From assembly GCA_008690995.1 (NCBI GenBank), contig VRMN01000003.1, positions 2,046,001 to 2,110,000 on the forward strand: a stretch of 64,000 nucleotides of DNA. The letters run 5' to 3'. Below, piece by piece: positions 11,358-25,670 of the stretch (the first letter of the stretch is position 1; each line of letters begins with the position of its first letter). A model generated the notes under the pieces. The model saw only the letters and a list, made by a program, of their open reading frames with translations. It did no database searches and had not been told where the DNA came from. Source of the DNA: Porphyridium purpureum. Taxonomy: Eukaryota. The translations under genes were made by a program, and so were the position numbers.

Positions 11358-12218
11358 ATGGACCGTGGCGAAACCAGCTCTGCCGCGCCCACGGCCGCGG
11401 GCGGTGGCGGCGGCAAGTGGCGCGCTCTGGGTTACGTGCCAAATGTAATCGGGTACGTGCGCATTTTCTTGGGCGCGCTTGCGTTTGTGGATTGGCGCAA
11501 TGCGCAGCGCTTTTGCGTGCTGTACGCTCTGTCATTCGTGCTGGACGCAGCAGATGGCTACGCGGCGCGCAGGTTCAATCAGGCCTCTGAGCTGGGCTCG
11601 TATCTTGACATGATCACGGACCGTGTGGCCACCATGGCATTGCTGGCTGTCACAGCGGTTTCCGCTGGCGAGTTGCACGACGCCATCTCAGGCAGCGCCG
11701 TTTCCGTGCTTGGGCTACGCCAGCAACACACGCACTTCTTACAGCAGAGGCTGATCACGCTGCTGTTGGACCGCGATTGTGCGTTCGCACTCCAGACCGC
11801 GCTGCTGCTCTTGGTGGCTCTGGATGGGGTGTCGCACTGGAATCAGATGCTTGCTGGCCTGACGAATGAAGTCGGCTCGCACAAGCAGGCGAATCGGAAT
11901 CGCCTCCTCCAGTTCTATTACTGGCGCCCGGTGCTGACTGTCGTGTGTATCTTTAATGAACTTTTCCTCCTCATGCTCTTCGTGCTTCTTCAGCAGAGCT
12001 CTGGGAAAACGTATGCACCCGGCGCATCCCTCTGGCAAACCTGGGAGTTCCCGCTTACAATGGTGACAGTCTTGCTCGTCATTTCATTCCCTTTCTTTGT
12101 GCTCAAGCAGGGAGTATCGGTCCAGCAGATCGCATCATCGCACTTCACCATCCTGCGTGGCGCCTCGCGGCAAAGTCGCGCACGTGACAGAGAGGTGCAA
12201 AAAAATGTTTCAAGATGA
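11358..12218 (+). CDS. PIS1: CDP-diacylglycerol--inositol 3-phosphatidyltransferase (PI synthase)
   Basis: YVPNVIGYVR and the CDP-alcohol phosphotransferase motif LDAADGYAARRFNQASELGSYLDMITDR; SHW and SHK motifs. Start at MDRGE inferred. Confidence 0.92.
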   Translation: MDRGETSSAAPTAAGGGGGKWRALGYVPNVIGYVRIFLGALAFVDWRNAQRFCVLYALSFVLDAADGYAARRFNQASELGSYLDMITDRVATMALLAVTAVSAGELHDAISGSAVSVLGLRQQHTHFLQQRLITLLLDRDCAFALQTALLLLVALDGVSHWNQMLAGLTNEVGSHKQANRNRLLQFYYWRPVLTVVCIFNELFLLMLFVLLQQSSGKTYAPGASLWQTWEFPLTMVTVLLVISFPFFVLKQGVSVQQIASSHFTILRGASRQSRARDREVQKNVSR

Positions 12219-12419
12219 ACAAAAGGATATGATCATCTCGAATCCTTGTCTATTCGATTTGTCTGTGTCGCACCTCGCCCGGCAGGATGACGTGCTTTGC
12301 TGCCGGCATGACATCACAAGCTCACCAAACCGTCGCGAAGCAAAGTTTCTTTTTCCCCGTGTGAGTGATTGTGTGTATTTGTGGTTCAGGGCTTCTATTG
12401 TCATCCACTCCCTAGCTCC

Positions 12420-15400
12420 TCAAGCCCACGCCGCCCACCCGTCAAACATGTGGGCCAGATTCTCTTCACTGACTGCGTCGCCTATGAGCGCACTGACATG
12501 GCTTTCAACCGACAGTACCGCGCTGCCGTCTTCAGTCAGGCCAGACAGCTTCTGGCTCACCTTGAGGATAGCTTGCGCGGCTGCGTCATTGCCCTTAATG
12601 AGGTCCCCGTAAGCGGGTCGGTGCGCTGCAGTGTCGGGCGAGTTGTCGCCATCGTCTTGACTCGCAGCAGCAGCAGCGTCGAACTGCTCGTGCTGGCGCG
12701 CATGCACGCCAAGATTCCAGCGAAACAGTGGATCGTGCAGCAGTACTGACAGGATGGTAAGGATTGAATCCTTGCGCTCACGCAGCACCTTCATACAACA
12801 TTCGGCAGAAATTCGCATCGTGCCGTGCACACCTTGTGCACCCATGCCGTCGACGAGGTCCCGCGTCAAGCGAAACGGTACGCGCTCTGGCGTCCGCAGC
12901 TGCTTTCCCTGCTCGAATGCTATGCCCAAGTCAATGTGGATCAGCTCGGCCGACGCCTTATCAATGAGGATGTTCGAGCAGTGCCGGTCTCCCAGCCCAA
13001 TAATATATCCAATCATGCTATTGGTTGCCATAGACCGAGTATAATCGCGGCGACGCTGCAGCCACACTGAAGAGCTTGCAAAGTTTTCGATGAAAAAGTG
13101 GCGCAGCACAGGCTGAAATCGCGCGCACACGTCACGGAATGCCTCCAGACGCTGCGGAGAACCAGCCGCGTGCGCACGCACCTTCATTCGACACTGAAGG
13201 TGCGTATAGTCATCGGGGCGGTACCTGCGGTGGGCGCTCCGCTGTTCATCTGCGAACAGCACCTCGGACAGCGTCATGGAATTATCCACCCACTGCATGA
13301 TTCCCGCACACGGACACAACGGTACGACGTGATACGTGCGCACGTTGAGCTTTCGCCGCGCCGACTCGTCGTCTGCACCAAGTAGCTCATTGACCAGCGC
13401 AAACAGCTGCTGCATTACAGCGTCCTGGCGAAGGTCGTCTTGGCCCTTGACTAGCTGCCGATACGCCACACCGTCAGAACCCACGCATATAATCAGCTTC
13501 GGGTGATTCACTCCCGGAAGAAGCTTTCCATGATCCTGGAACCCGCTGACCGAGACGAGCGCAGGAGCCAAGGATGTCCCTCTCTTCTGCGTGAGCTCAT
13601 CTACGGCACAGCACGGGACTTGCGCCCACTCTGCTGCGTTCTTGACAAAATCTATCACATAGCTCTCCCACGCGGCCTCCGCACCGTCACTCACCTTCGC
13701 GCAGCGCGCGGCAAGTGGCGAGGTCGCGGCAGAGTCGAACGACCACATGTCAAGCGCGAGCGTAGGAATGACTGTCTGGCGCAGATTCTTGAGCTTCCTA
13801 AAGGCAGGCACGGCATCAAACAGCGAAAATGAAGCGTCCTGCGGGTCAAAATGAGTGCATGATAGTGTATAATACGCATCGCTCAGAGCATCCAGCTGCT
13901 CAATATGGGCGCGCAAGGCCCGTCCGCAGTAACTCTGCAGATCGTCCATCAAGTTTTTGGCGGCTGCGACTTTGTCTGGGCGCACCATGTACTGACTCGC
14001 CCGGCGCAGGTCAGCGGGAACCTGGGCCCCTTTTGCAAGTGCCATGAGCTGCCAAAGGCAGTGGTGCGGATACAAGCGCGCCATTTCGGAAAGCACGTTC
14101 CGTAGCAGCGTCTGAAATCCATCATCATCTTCCAATCTGGCTGCATCAATGGCGTCACTAAAAGCATGCCGAAAGTTGCCTCTGCTGTTGGATGGTTGCT
14201 GCAAATGACTGGCCAGCTGATACACAAGAGGTATGAACATGCCCACAGGAAACATACATTCTGGTCGCTTCTGCTCTTCGCGCAGCGATTGACGTGGCGC
14301 TTTGGAGCTCTCCTTACGCAGGGCGTATGATTGGCCTTCATAGAGCATTTGTGAAATTTGTTCGTTGACCAAACGATTGTTGCGGTTCTCAAGCCATAAC
14401 CCGACGCTTCCGAAAACTGCGAGCACCCGCTGCTGCCTGGTCAGTTTGCCAAAGCGGAGAGACTCGAGCATGCCATGAATCGCCAACAAAAGCCACTGCG
14501 TGGCGTGTGTGCTTCTTGCTTGCTCAGCCGCAACGTCACGCCGCACTTGCGCCTCGAGTTCACGGATCGCAAGCTCACCACCTGCAGCACCACTCGATCC
14601 GCGTGGTTGCGTCAATCCCGCGCGTGGCCTGTGTGCGAGTCGCATGCGCTCCAGCTTGTCCGCGCGCTTTTTGCTTAAAGTGCGTCCCACGCGGTACTCG
14701 TCGCTGCCTGCGAACCGCTCTAAGAGTCGAAATTCGTCCATGGCGAATTTGCCCACATACAGCAAACACTCGCCGCGTGCACATTCAGCGAGCGTGTCGG
14801 ATGACGAAGATACGCATGACATCGGTCCCGAATGACGTTCCACTTCAGCCAGACCCAGACTGACAGCTTGAACAGCAGGGACCAGATAAGCCATGTAAAT
14901 TTGAAAGGCACTATTCTGAGCGCGCATACTGGCCAACCAGCTGGCGGCGAGTGTGCATGCCCGAGCACGCAGCAGCATGAGCCTACCCTGGTCATCATGC
15001 CAAGACTGCCGATGCTCTCGCTGCGTATCCCCAATCGGATCTGCACCGAGTCCTAGGTCCCATACCGAAGCGGGAGGCGAGCCGGCGCGAATTCCCACAG
15101 GAATGTCCGCCGGGCTGTTCGCACCCTTCATGGCTTGCGCAAGTACGTTACTCAATGATTTCGGCTCATCAGTGGCAATGCCATGAAGGCTGGGCTGTCT
15201 CTCGCCGATGGACGTGCCCTTGTAGCCGAGCATGTCATCTATGACGTGCCGAACTAGCGCAAGCGCCTCATTTTGAGTTCCGTCGGTCCACTGGAGAATG
15301 GCAAAAAGAGTGAGCCACTCTGCGCGGTCAATTTTGGCACACTCACGAAGAATGTGCGGGCGCTTCACAAAAGGCAACATCAGCAGCTGTCGCGCACGCC

Positions 15401-17034
15401 CTGCGTGCTCGGCATCGCGCACGCTAAACCCAGCGTGCCGACCAGGCTGCTGCTTCTTCTGCTCAAGAATGTTCACGTCAAGCAATAGCGACGCCGAGGC
15501 ACAGCTGGTAACAATTTGGGTCGGTGCATCGTCGAGAGCGCCAGCAAGTGCGAACAATCCCTGCGAGAAAAGCTGGGCATTTTCCAGAGCTCCTTTCTCG
15601 GCCAGCATGTTCGCGAGCGAAAGTTCCCGCCGGAAAAGCTCGGCTAACGGGTCTGGCGACGTGGTCGACACTCCTTGAGCCACGGATACGGCATCCGAAA
15701 CCAGGCTCGCGTTCTCCGCGAGCCGCTCACAAGACTCAAGCGTTCGGAGTGAAATGAGCGTTTGAGGTCCGGTACGGTGAACACATGCAGTGCCGGAACA
15801 GCTGCTGCTGCTGCCCAGAATCGCGTGTCGCGCCGCTACCAGCCATCGCCGCACCTTGTCAAATGACTGGCGATTGCGGACACTCGAAAGCGCGGCAAAC
15901 AGTGGCTCGGCGACCACACTTGAGGTATGGGATGCCATGGGCTCGTCTCCGCACGGAGCCGATTCAACCACGACTTCATTCGAAGGGTGAAGGTATGGCA
16001 GCGAAGGAATGGAAGGTACGCAAACCGAATCCCACTGCTGCATATTCAATGCATGCTGGAACCGCAGCTGGCGCCACTCCGATCCGAACCGAAGAAAGTC
16101 TAACCCATTCGTATCTGTCACTGCACCACTGATCGCAGTGCTGCTACTGCTGCTGTTGGTTACGTTACTTATCTCGTGTTCGAACAGTTGTCCAATCGTG
16201 CCGAACAGTCCCAGATGCTGCAGCGCAGAAATTTGCCGACCGAACCAATGTGAATTCGTGGCACGAGCGTTTCCACCTTCAGCCCAATATCTCTGTGTTA
16301 GCTGCAAGTCTATATCACGCAGGGCATGGAAACTCAATCCGCGCTCCAAATTCAAGTCTACGTCCTCACCCAGCATGCGCAAGGAGCGACCGAGGAGTGA
16401 CTCCACAGCAAGCTCATGCTCATCCTTCCCTGAGCACGTTTGCATGTCACTTGCGTGTGACGTTTTTAATTCGCACAGCCGGGCCACGAACGAAGCCTCG
16501 AAGTCTCGCTTAACAACTAGGACCCCGGCCAAGGAATCTGCATCTTGCAGCGCCCGACATGCTTCGCTGAGCGTCTTCCACGCTCGCTGATGCACCTTGT
16601 GGACGTTTCGTAGTTTCTCAGTGTATTTGTCAGCATCCATGTCTGTCATCATCTCGCTAGCTTCCCGGAGTGCGAGCTCGGCGTACAAAACGGCGTCTTC
16701 TGTGCGTCCACATCGAAGACATGTCCTCGCTACAAGTTCATACGGTATATCCAGCACGTAAGAATGAAGATGCGCGGTACCGCAGCCTTCAGCAGAGACA
16801 CTCCCTCCGGTGGCCAAGAGATCCGCTGCAGATTGCTCACACAGCCACGCACGGAATTGAGCGCCCACAAAATTGAGCATTTCGATCACGAGCACGCCGA
16901 TCGACGTATCCAACGAGTACGGTATGAAAGCGGAATCATGTGTCAATGTGTACGTACACAGGCGGCTCGACAGAATGGCAATAGTATTCATCACCAGCAT
17001 TCGCTGCTGCTTTTGTTGTTGTTGTTGTTGTTGT

Positions 17035-17068
<34 letters not shown>

Positions 17069-20000
17069 TACCTGACAGTGCTTGCGTGCCGCCGCTTGAG
17101 ACCGCGGTGGGATCGTAGCGTGGGCTCACGATCGCATTTAGAAGAAGAGGCAGCACGAGTCGTGCACGATCAGCGCTTAGATATTCGTGCTCAAGAAAAT
17201 GGGTCACAATAGGTTCCTGCCTGACGAAGCTGACATGCGCCAAGCTCCGTGCAAGCTGGACCACAAACCATTTCGAGTCGACCTCGAGTCCCCGCCACAA
17301 TGCGTCGTCTCCAATTCCATAAATTGTCAGCGGAGCTGTGCTGCCCTTTTGCACCAAAATGTCATCTGCGGAAGCGAAAGATGAATCCAAATCACATGCA
17401 GACCAAACAAGCCGACTGACAGACGCCGTGGCCTTGCTACTCGTACCAGCTGATGAGAGCGTGCGTTGAATCTTGCGCAGGCATTCATACGACGCACGGC
17501 CCATAGTCGCGCTGTGCCCAAATTGAATGTCGTACAGCAGCACGCGCACAAGCCGCAGCAGCGTGACGAACGTGGGGGAAACATTTTGAGTCAAATTCTG
17601 CATGAGCCTTGCAGTGCCGCCACGCTTACTCATGCCTACGCTTGATGCCGACACAACTGCACGCACGGCATTCTCGCGCAGATGCCGGTCTATGCCGCTG
17701 GGCAGTGCGAAGCACTCCTCAAAGGCGCGTACGTGCCGCGCATTGTTGCTCACTAGGTTTGCCTCACACATGCTGCTGGCGGCAAGGCTGCTGCATACGC
17801 GGTGCAGGCTCGTACGGAGTCTAGCACCAGCTTCGTCATCACCCGTGCGTGTCGCTAGGCACAACTCAAGCACGATACTCAACCACCGTTCTCCAAGGAT
17901 CGCATGCGATCCCCCAATGCCTACAACTAGGTCAGCCGTTTCTTTCCAGACATCAACCTCGTTCTTGTTTCGTCGTTGAGTTTCAACTGGTCCGCTAGGA
18001 CACACATGGCGTACAATTCTGTCGACAAGATGCCCCAGGACGTTCCGTGGACATGCAAGGCCCAACAAGAACAGTCTTACAGAGCTTGTCTCAAGTTCCG
18101 ATAAGCGCCGCGCCAGAACCGGGTGAGAAAGATGCTTCTGAAACGAAGAAGGCACTTCAGCGTCCGTCGTCACGTGGGCTTCTGCGGCAAACTCATCAAC
18201 AAACGCTTTCTTGTAGACACTGGAAACAGTCCGCGCGACATTCGACCCGGACAGAGCCAACAAGGGCAAATCAGCAAGACCAGCGGACAATGCTGTGGCT
18301 CGCATAGGATGCAAATCCTGCCTCGTTTCGTCGTCCGCACGGATACCAAGAATATCGTACTCCATCACGCGGGCGACGCTCGGCGTCAACTTTGGCCCCA
18401 ATTCACCCGCACTCGCCCAAGTATCTCGCGCGTCAAGAACACATTGCGCAATTGTCGTCAGCACCCAACGCTGCTCACCACGCAAAAACTTCTTCTGTTC
18501 TCCGTGGATTCTCCTTCGTGCCCGAACACGTGGACTGGTGTTTGAATCCTGATCGTCGCTCCGAAGCATGCAGAGCGTCGCTAACCTGAAAAAAAGGGTC
18601 ACTGCGACTGCTCGTGGATGCAGCATGCCGCTCTCAAGAACGGGTGCCTCCGAGAGAGTAGGCATGGCTCGACGAGATCCTGCTTTGCCTCGTGCGTCGC
18701 CTCTAGTCGAGCTAGCCGGGCGAACGTCGCCACCAAGCGCAGTACCGCGGCTGTCTTGTAAAATATTGTGCACGACAAGCAAGCTCGCCGCCGTGCTCAC
18801 CACGCAGGCGAATTCTGAGCTCGCGCAGAGCGCATCCCAAAGACTGAATAACCATGACACCATTGAGCCCCACAATACAGCTTCCGTGTCGAGGCCATCT
18901 GCGTTACTTTGGTGACGTGAAGTCAGACTCTCGCCGCTTTTTCCCGGTAAACATGCAGGTGTCTGAGCAAAGCTCCAAAGAGGCGGCGCCCCTGGCACAA
19001 CTTGAGTTCGAAGGAGCATCTCAGATGCCAGTGCAGGAGACAAACGACTTGCGCCGCAGCTGAACAGATGACCCTTGGTCTTTTCTGTCTCGAGCGAGGT
19101 CAAACGATTGGCCGCTAGACTCATAATATCTTCCTCAGTAGGCATCACACCAGTTATCGTATCAAGCCAGAGCCGCGCACGAGTATGGGTTGTGCCCATT
19201 AAGGCATCCAGCACGGGCTGAGTGTCACCCAAAAGAACAATGATTGCGTCAAAAGCCTTTGCAGCTCTTTGTACAAGCCAGAATGAGCCGCTGGGGTGCA
19301 ATGCCGTCGGTGCAGTCGTCGATATGGTCATGCTCTTTAGTAGCACTGCTACCTCTGCATGCTCACGCAAAAAGAAAATGACCGATTGCCTCAGTCCAAT
19401 GGCTCGTATTAAGTGAGCGAGGTGTCGCTCCAGCGCCCTTGCGAGTGCTGAAGCGTCCAGATCCTCACACTGGTCCCCACAAGCATGCAAAATTACCCAA
19501 GCCAAAGCGTGATGATCATACAAAGCGTGCCTTGTCAAGGTCTCGCTTGACAGCACACTGCCACGTTCCTTTTCCATGCGCAGCCCCGGTCCCGCGCTGC
19601 GATCATGTACCCATTCGAACTCGCCAGCTGGTGGCGCACCAATAGCACTCTCAGAGCCATTGCTTTTTGCGAGGGCGACACGATTGTCTCGCGCGGTACC
19701 CATTCTGTTTCCGCAGACATGCTCCGGAAAGTCGAGCGGGTCGTACACGTGTCTCGAAAGTCGCGTACAAAACAAAGCCAGCAACCGCTTGCGCTTCTGT
19801 TCCAGGAACGCTTGCACCGAAATGTAACCCAAGCGCGACGCGCCGTGGTGGAGATGTCGCACCAGCGATGAACGCAAAAATGCAGCTTCACCAATGCAAT
19901 GGCGTTCGATGCCCACGCAAGCATCTCCACAAATTACGCGCAAAACGCAAGACCACATTGAATCATACACCGAGGCCATCGTCTCAGATGTGAAAATCAG

Positions 20001-23000
20001 CCCGCTGAGCAGCATACGCGTGTAGCTTCCTGCGTAGCTAGTGATCATGGACCGGTTCCAATGCGAATGATGCGCTTGCTGGTCTGTCGCAGCGAGCCCG
20101 AGGTCAGCGTCCACGTCAAACAAGGCTTCGAAAACTCCGAGGTTTTGCAGGTGCAAAACGCCCAGTCGAGACCGGCCTGGTGCTAGCCAGAGGATTCCGT
20201 ATCGATCTCGCAGGTTGGTGTCTGGATCCAAGAATGGCTGTTGGACAAGAGCCGCAACCAGCACTGGTGTGCACAGGTCGTCTTGTACGCTTCTCTCTTC
20301 CTGTACATCGTTCTCCTGTCCACTGTGCTCAGAAGGAAGACCATCATCTATCTTGAACGCCCAACTGTGTGCTGGACCAAGAGCACCTACGAACATCAAC
20401 AGTGAGGGAAGCCGAGCATAACATCTTGCGCGAAAGGGGCGCGCAAGCTCGAGGAGCGGAAGCTCGTCCAGCTCACGCACAACTACACACACAAGTGCCT
20501 GAAGGTCGGCGTGCCAAACCTGTTTCACGCCTGTCGCTAAATTTGCCTCGGTGGCGGTCACCAGCAGCCCAACACAATCGAACAGAAGCTCAAACAAAGA
20601 GCACAGCTCGAGCTTGGCAAAACGCGTCAGCTTGGCAGCATTCTTGAGCGCATCAAACACATTTCGTCCAAGACGGCACAGCGAACTGACTGATATCTCC
20701 ATAGAGGCCGAGAATGCACTAATCCGTAGACTATGCATCCCTACACCATGCTCTGGCGTAACAGATACCAAAAGCAGACAAATGAGACGAAATACAGAAA
20801 ATCTTTGAAACCACGCATCGAGTCGATGCATGGCGTACGCTTCCGGTACGCGCCCATCTGGGAACGTTGCTGCTCGACGGAGCCATGCCTCGAACGTACG
20901 TGGCGCTTGCAACCATAAAAGCATGAACCAATCCAAGGTCCAGTCCACTGGAACGCAAGCGGACCAGTGCTCGAGAAGACGTGCACCTGCTGGCCAAGAC
21001 TCCCACTGCGGAGCAACTTGATGCGTGTAATCGAGAAACCCTGAAAACTCGAACAGGGCGCTTCCAAGCGGCGCAAGCCGATGGTTTGCCAGATCGTGAT
21101 CGCTGATCATTGAAGCAGCAAAATTACGCATGTCTGCAAGCTGGGTCAAAATAGCAGAATATCTTTCGTCAACCGACCGCACTCTCGAACGCCATGCATT
21201 TTCAGCATCCCCGATAGGACTAGGGGTGACAATGTCGTGCACGCCATCTACTTCAAAGCTCGTCATGCCACTCGATGCGTGTCCATCGTGCCCCGGTTTC
21301 ATACGCTTGCGGCTTTCGGCAGCCGCTGTTCCGCTTTGCTGACTCTGAATGCCCAAATCCGCTGCGGGACATCCCGCGCCCGACGCCGAGTTTAACGTCG
21401 GGCTCGATGCAGAACTCGAACCAAATGACAACAACGTAGTCCCAAGACATTGCTCATATAAAAGTTCACCATCAGCCATGACCAGAGCAGCAACATCGCG
21501 AAGCAGGGCTGTATAATTGACCCCACAAAATATGGCGCCAGACGCTGGGTTTGACAGCATTGAAAGCAGTACGGAAAGAAGCTGCGCGCCGTTGCCACGT
21601 GCGGCTCGTACGGCTCGAAGCCGGTTACTCTGCATTACGCCTTCGGCAACGCCTGCCGGAAAATTTATCCAGCCCCTCAGCGCACAGCCTAAAAGTACGA
21701 GATTGAATGACAGCACAAACTCGATCCGCGACCTTGATCGCAGTGAGGCAGCCCCAGTCCTCACAGCATTAGACATGTGCTCACAGGAAATGTTCTCATT
21801 AAGCAGAAATCTGGCGCGATACATCAGAGCAACACCAAGGCAGCTGCGCGCTACGAGGTCATCGACTGTCATGTGGAAATGAACGGCTAGGGACAAACCC
21901 TCCCCGCGGTCCTCAGTGGACGCGTCGCATGGATGAAGCTCACTCCTCCCGTCGGCAAGCAAATGATCTTTCTCATGTGCTCCCTCGCTCGCGCAACTCA
22001 GACGCGCTGAAAAAGAACCACAATTAATTGTCGCACAATCGCCGGCGCCCCACTCGACAATGCCCGATCTCGCACCGCACGCCCTGGCTCTTTTCGCCGG
22101 ACGGTCAGCAGGCTCCGCTTGCGGTCCGCTCGAGGCTACGGCTTGCGCTACACTTTTAAAAAGAGCCCTCCATTCATCAAGCGCTGGCATATGTTGTGCA
22201 TGCAGAAGCTGGGCTGAAAACAGAGCTAAATCGTTCGAACATGGTGAGTATTCGTTCGACGCGGAAGCGCCGCTTTCATGAAACTGAGGAAGAATGAAGC
22301 TGGTGTCATCTTCCTCTGCTGATATCGTCAAGAAAGGAGAGCTGCTTCCCAGTGCCGCCATGCAGCACGTGCTCATATCGCAATGGTCCAAAAGGCGCAC
22401 TTTGAGCGTATTGCTGTCACGTTCTGGTCTAGCTTCTGCGGTCCTCGGACAATGTTCACAGTGGAGACATGTGGACTTAAGCTCGCCGCAACGCTCTCTT
22501 GCACGATAGTCAGCCACGTATTCCTCTATACTCTCACGAACATCGCACATGGGTTCTTCTACTAGGGTCTCCGCGGAACTTGAATGCAAGCTACGCAGCA
22601 ACGCCGACGACCCGCCAGCCATATGTAAGAGCACACACGGCACCATGCATTTCGAATACGCGCCGCGGCCACTTGTGACCAGGTTTAAAAGTGCAAGGGC
22701 GCTCTGCACCGGCGCACAACGGTTGCAAGTGTCCGAGTGGACGAAAGTGGTCGGACAGAACCGATTCTGATTCCAGTTCAGATCATCGAACGTCTTGTCT
22801 GGGCCGGTCAGGGCCGACATTACCGATGACGCGGGCTGCGCTGCCTTGGTCTGGCCAGGCAACCAAGTGCAACCTCCAGAAATGGCGTCAGATTCTACTC
22901 CAGAGAGCATACTTGACCAAATTGCATTTGACAAACGCAAATCCACATTAGTACAGCTCGACGCTTGCGCGGCATTCCAGCGCAAAATCTCGCAAACAAG

Positions 23001-25670
23001 CGAACGCGATAGGTGATTGACTTTGCAGCGCTGAGTCAGCCAGCCGAGCACACTGGACGAGGTGTCAAGTGATGCGAATGAAAACGGCGAGTCAGATGGT
23101 TTGCATAAATTCACGCCAAAGCCAGTCGCCGAATCAAGTCCGTCTCGTACTGCCCACTCATTTCGATGATACAGCAGCGCCAGGAGCACAAGCTGCAGTA
23201 TTTGATGTTCATCGTGCTTCGCCTGCGGTTTAGAACTCGGAACGCAGGCGGCTGATGGCCACTCCACCTCTCGCGTGCTCTGTGACGCGCGAAGATGTGC
23301 GTCAGAAGTACTCGTCGCTGCTGTGAGCGTCACGCGCAGCGAAGCGTCTTGCGCGGTTGCAATTTCTGGGTGGCTCTTCGCTTGATACTCACTCCGCGCA
23401 CTTAATGCTACACATTCGCCCAGTGCGTGATCGATTTCAGCGCCCGTCAACAAGGCATGCAGTTCTTCAGCGTGCTTGTTTTCAGAGGATGATATACCAC
23501 AGGTCGTGTTCCAGAACACGTGCTCTGTTGCCAGCATGATAGATTCCAGAATGACAAACAAGCATGCGAGCTCCAAAGCCGTGCTTCTTGCATCGCCTCC
23601 GGCCACGTCGCGCGAGTGCTGACGCAGCAAAGATTGCGTGCCTCTGCGAGCATGCAGATGGTCAAGACGCCGTAGAGTACTTTGAAGCGCATATGTCGCT
23701 TGTACAAATTGACAGCCACCGGATGAAAGAACGCAGTACTTCAGACTCGGGTCGCGCACGCAGTAATTGCTCAGCATCCATGGCGCGGAGCGTGGGTGAA
23801 CACGCCACCGTTTCATGCTGCAGGCGGCCACGCGCAGCACGCGCGCAGCCGCAAGGTCGTCTGCCAAAAGTTCATGTTTCGTTTGCACCCAATCGCACAG
23901 TGTGCGGGGCGCAAAAAGAGCCGAACCCACTTGTTCTAAATCGTTCGTACATGCATTGAATGCATTCAATGAATTTACCAGGTCGAGAGGCGTCCGCCGA
24001 GTCAGCTTGTCCGCGACCACCTGCACAATCAGCGCACGGACTTTCCGCCATTGAGGATTCGATACATTCAGATCTAGCTGTAGGCGCTCACAGAAATCAT
24101 CCCGATATGTGTGCTGCGAGCCTGATACATGACCCATACTTATATCCGTGCCTGAGTGCAGCGGTGGCGCCAATAGTGCCTCGCATGACAAAAGGACGCC
24201 GAGGAATCTCGCACTCGGTTCCTCATACCGCTCGTCGAGAAGTAGTGTACATGCTACATGGCACGCAGCGATCCACAACGGGTGCATACAGACTACCGCT
24301 GCAGGTGCACTCCAACTTGCAGCCATACTATCTTCGGATGCCATCGCCGGCGCTCCTCTCGATGGTGTATCTCCGACGGCAATCGCGCGAGGCGCTCCGC
24401 CACTGGGCACCTTCCCAACCGCTGCGCAGCTTTCGCAATGGGCGATTGAGCCAAGCTGCGGGAGAAGGTCGCGTCCAAAGTTGCACATGCACGATTCCAA
24501 CACTTTCAGTATCGACGAAAATTCCTCACCGTATCGGTCGGCCGCCTTCTGGTCCTTGTAGACGCGAGGCCCACCGTGAAGTCCTAGTAAAACCTCGCAC
24601 TCTGCCAGCAAAATATACAGCGCATCGTCGGCTGCCGACTGCAGCTCATTCTGTCCTCTCGGTCGCGTTGAAGTCCCGCGATCCGCACGAGCGCTTTGCC
24701 GTAGTGAAGATGTCCGCTCGTCCTTGCCCGTTTCGGGGCCTTTCTTCAATTCATATGCATCTGATCTCTTTGGCTTCAAATGAGAAGCCACGTTCGTGCT
24801 CGAGGCCGTGTCCTCGGCCAGTTTGGGTACAACGCGAAGCACACCGTCCGCATCCGCAATGCAAGCTGGAAGGCACTCAAAAAGCTGGCACGCCAGTGTC
24901 CTGATGCCGCGACTGTACGCCACTTTCGTGCCCTGCGCGTCTGGATCGCTCGATTCCTTGGATCCGCCGAGGCAGAGCAACACTGAACAAAGCCAGGTCC
25001 ACCGCTTAAACAATCTTCTGCGCATGAGTGCTCGCACCGCGTGGCGGCGCATGAGCAGCAGGGCAGCGCCCCACAGCGTTCTGGCTAGTTTCTCAGGTAG
25101 AGGCGGCTCACCGTCCTCGCGAGGCTCGAGTAATCCACAGATCCGGCGCAACAGCGTTGTTCCACACTCTTCAATGCTTGCCCTGATGACATTCAGAACG
25201 TGGCGCTCCTCGCACATGCTTGCATGATGCTGTACGTCAGTCGGAGCAGGCGCCATTGTCAGTGATTGCGAAACCGGCGCTGGCCCGGACGCGGGAATGT
25301 TGAGCCACTTGAGCATGTTTCTGAGCTGCACTGCAACATCAGCGCGGAACACCGCACTACTGGCGTGCGTGGACTCGACGGCGTCCATCATCCCGAGCAC
25401 TGCAGCGCGCACTTGGATCGCAACCTCTTCGAGTTGCTTTTCTATCAGGTCTGGTGTGGCACACACGCGACGCCCACCGCATGCCTCGTCATCTGCGCGG
25501 TGCTCGCACATTGTACAGCCACTGACAAGGGTTTGGCTCAGCAACGACACATTCTGGCTGAGTCTGTCCACCAGCCGCGCGTGATCACTCCTGCTGCTGC
25601 CTGGACGCACGTGCAGCTGCTCCGCCTGCTGGCTGACCTTTCGCAGTGCGCGTCGCACGCGAGCGTCCAT
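12420..25670 (-). CDS. ATM: ATM/Tel1 PIKK-family Ser/Thr kinase
   Basis: Single ORF of about 4416 aa. C-terminal kinase (QLVKGQDDLRQDAVMQQLF, GYIIGLGDRHCSNILID, HIDLGIAFEQGKQLRTPERVPFRLTRD) and FATC (LAHMFDGWAAWA) are ATM-type. Confidence 0.92.
17013..17066 (-). repeat. CAG/CAA repeat encoding Q18 within ATM
   Basis: 18 consecutive Gln codons read directly. Confidence 0.95.

Noticed and set aside
10722..12218. Abutting ORFs (TGA then ATG at 11163-11168) suggesting readthrough or a fusion with PI synthase
   Set aside because: 11166-11357 reads like UTR, and PI synthase homology starts only after the ATG at 11358.
16764..17118. Poly-Leu and poly-Cys ORFs
   Set aside because: Antisense shadows of the ATM polyQ repeat.
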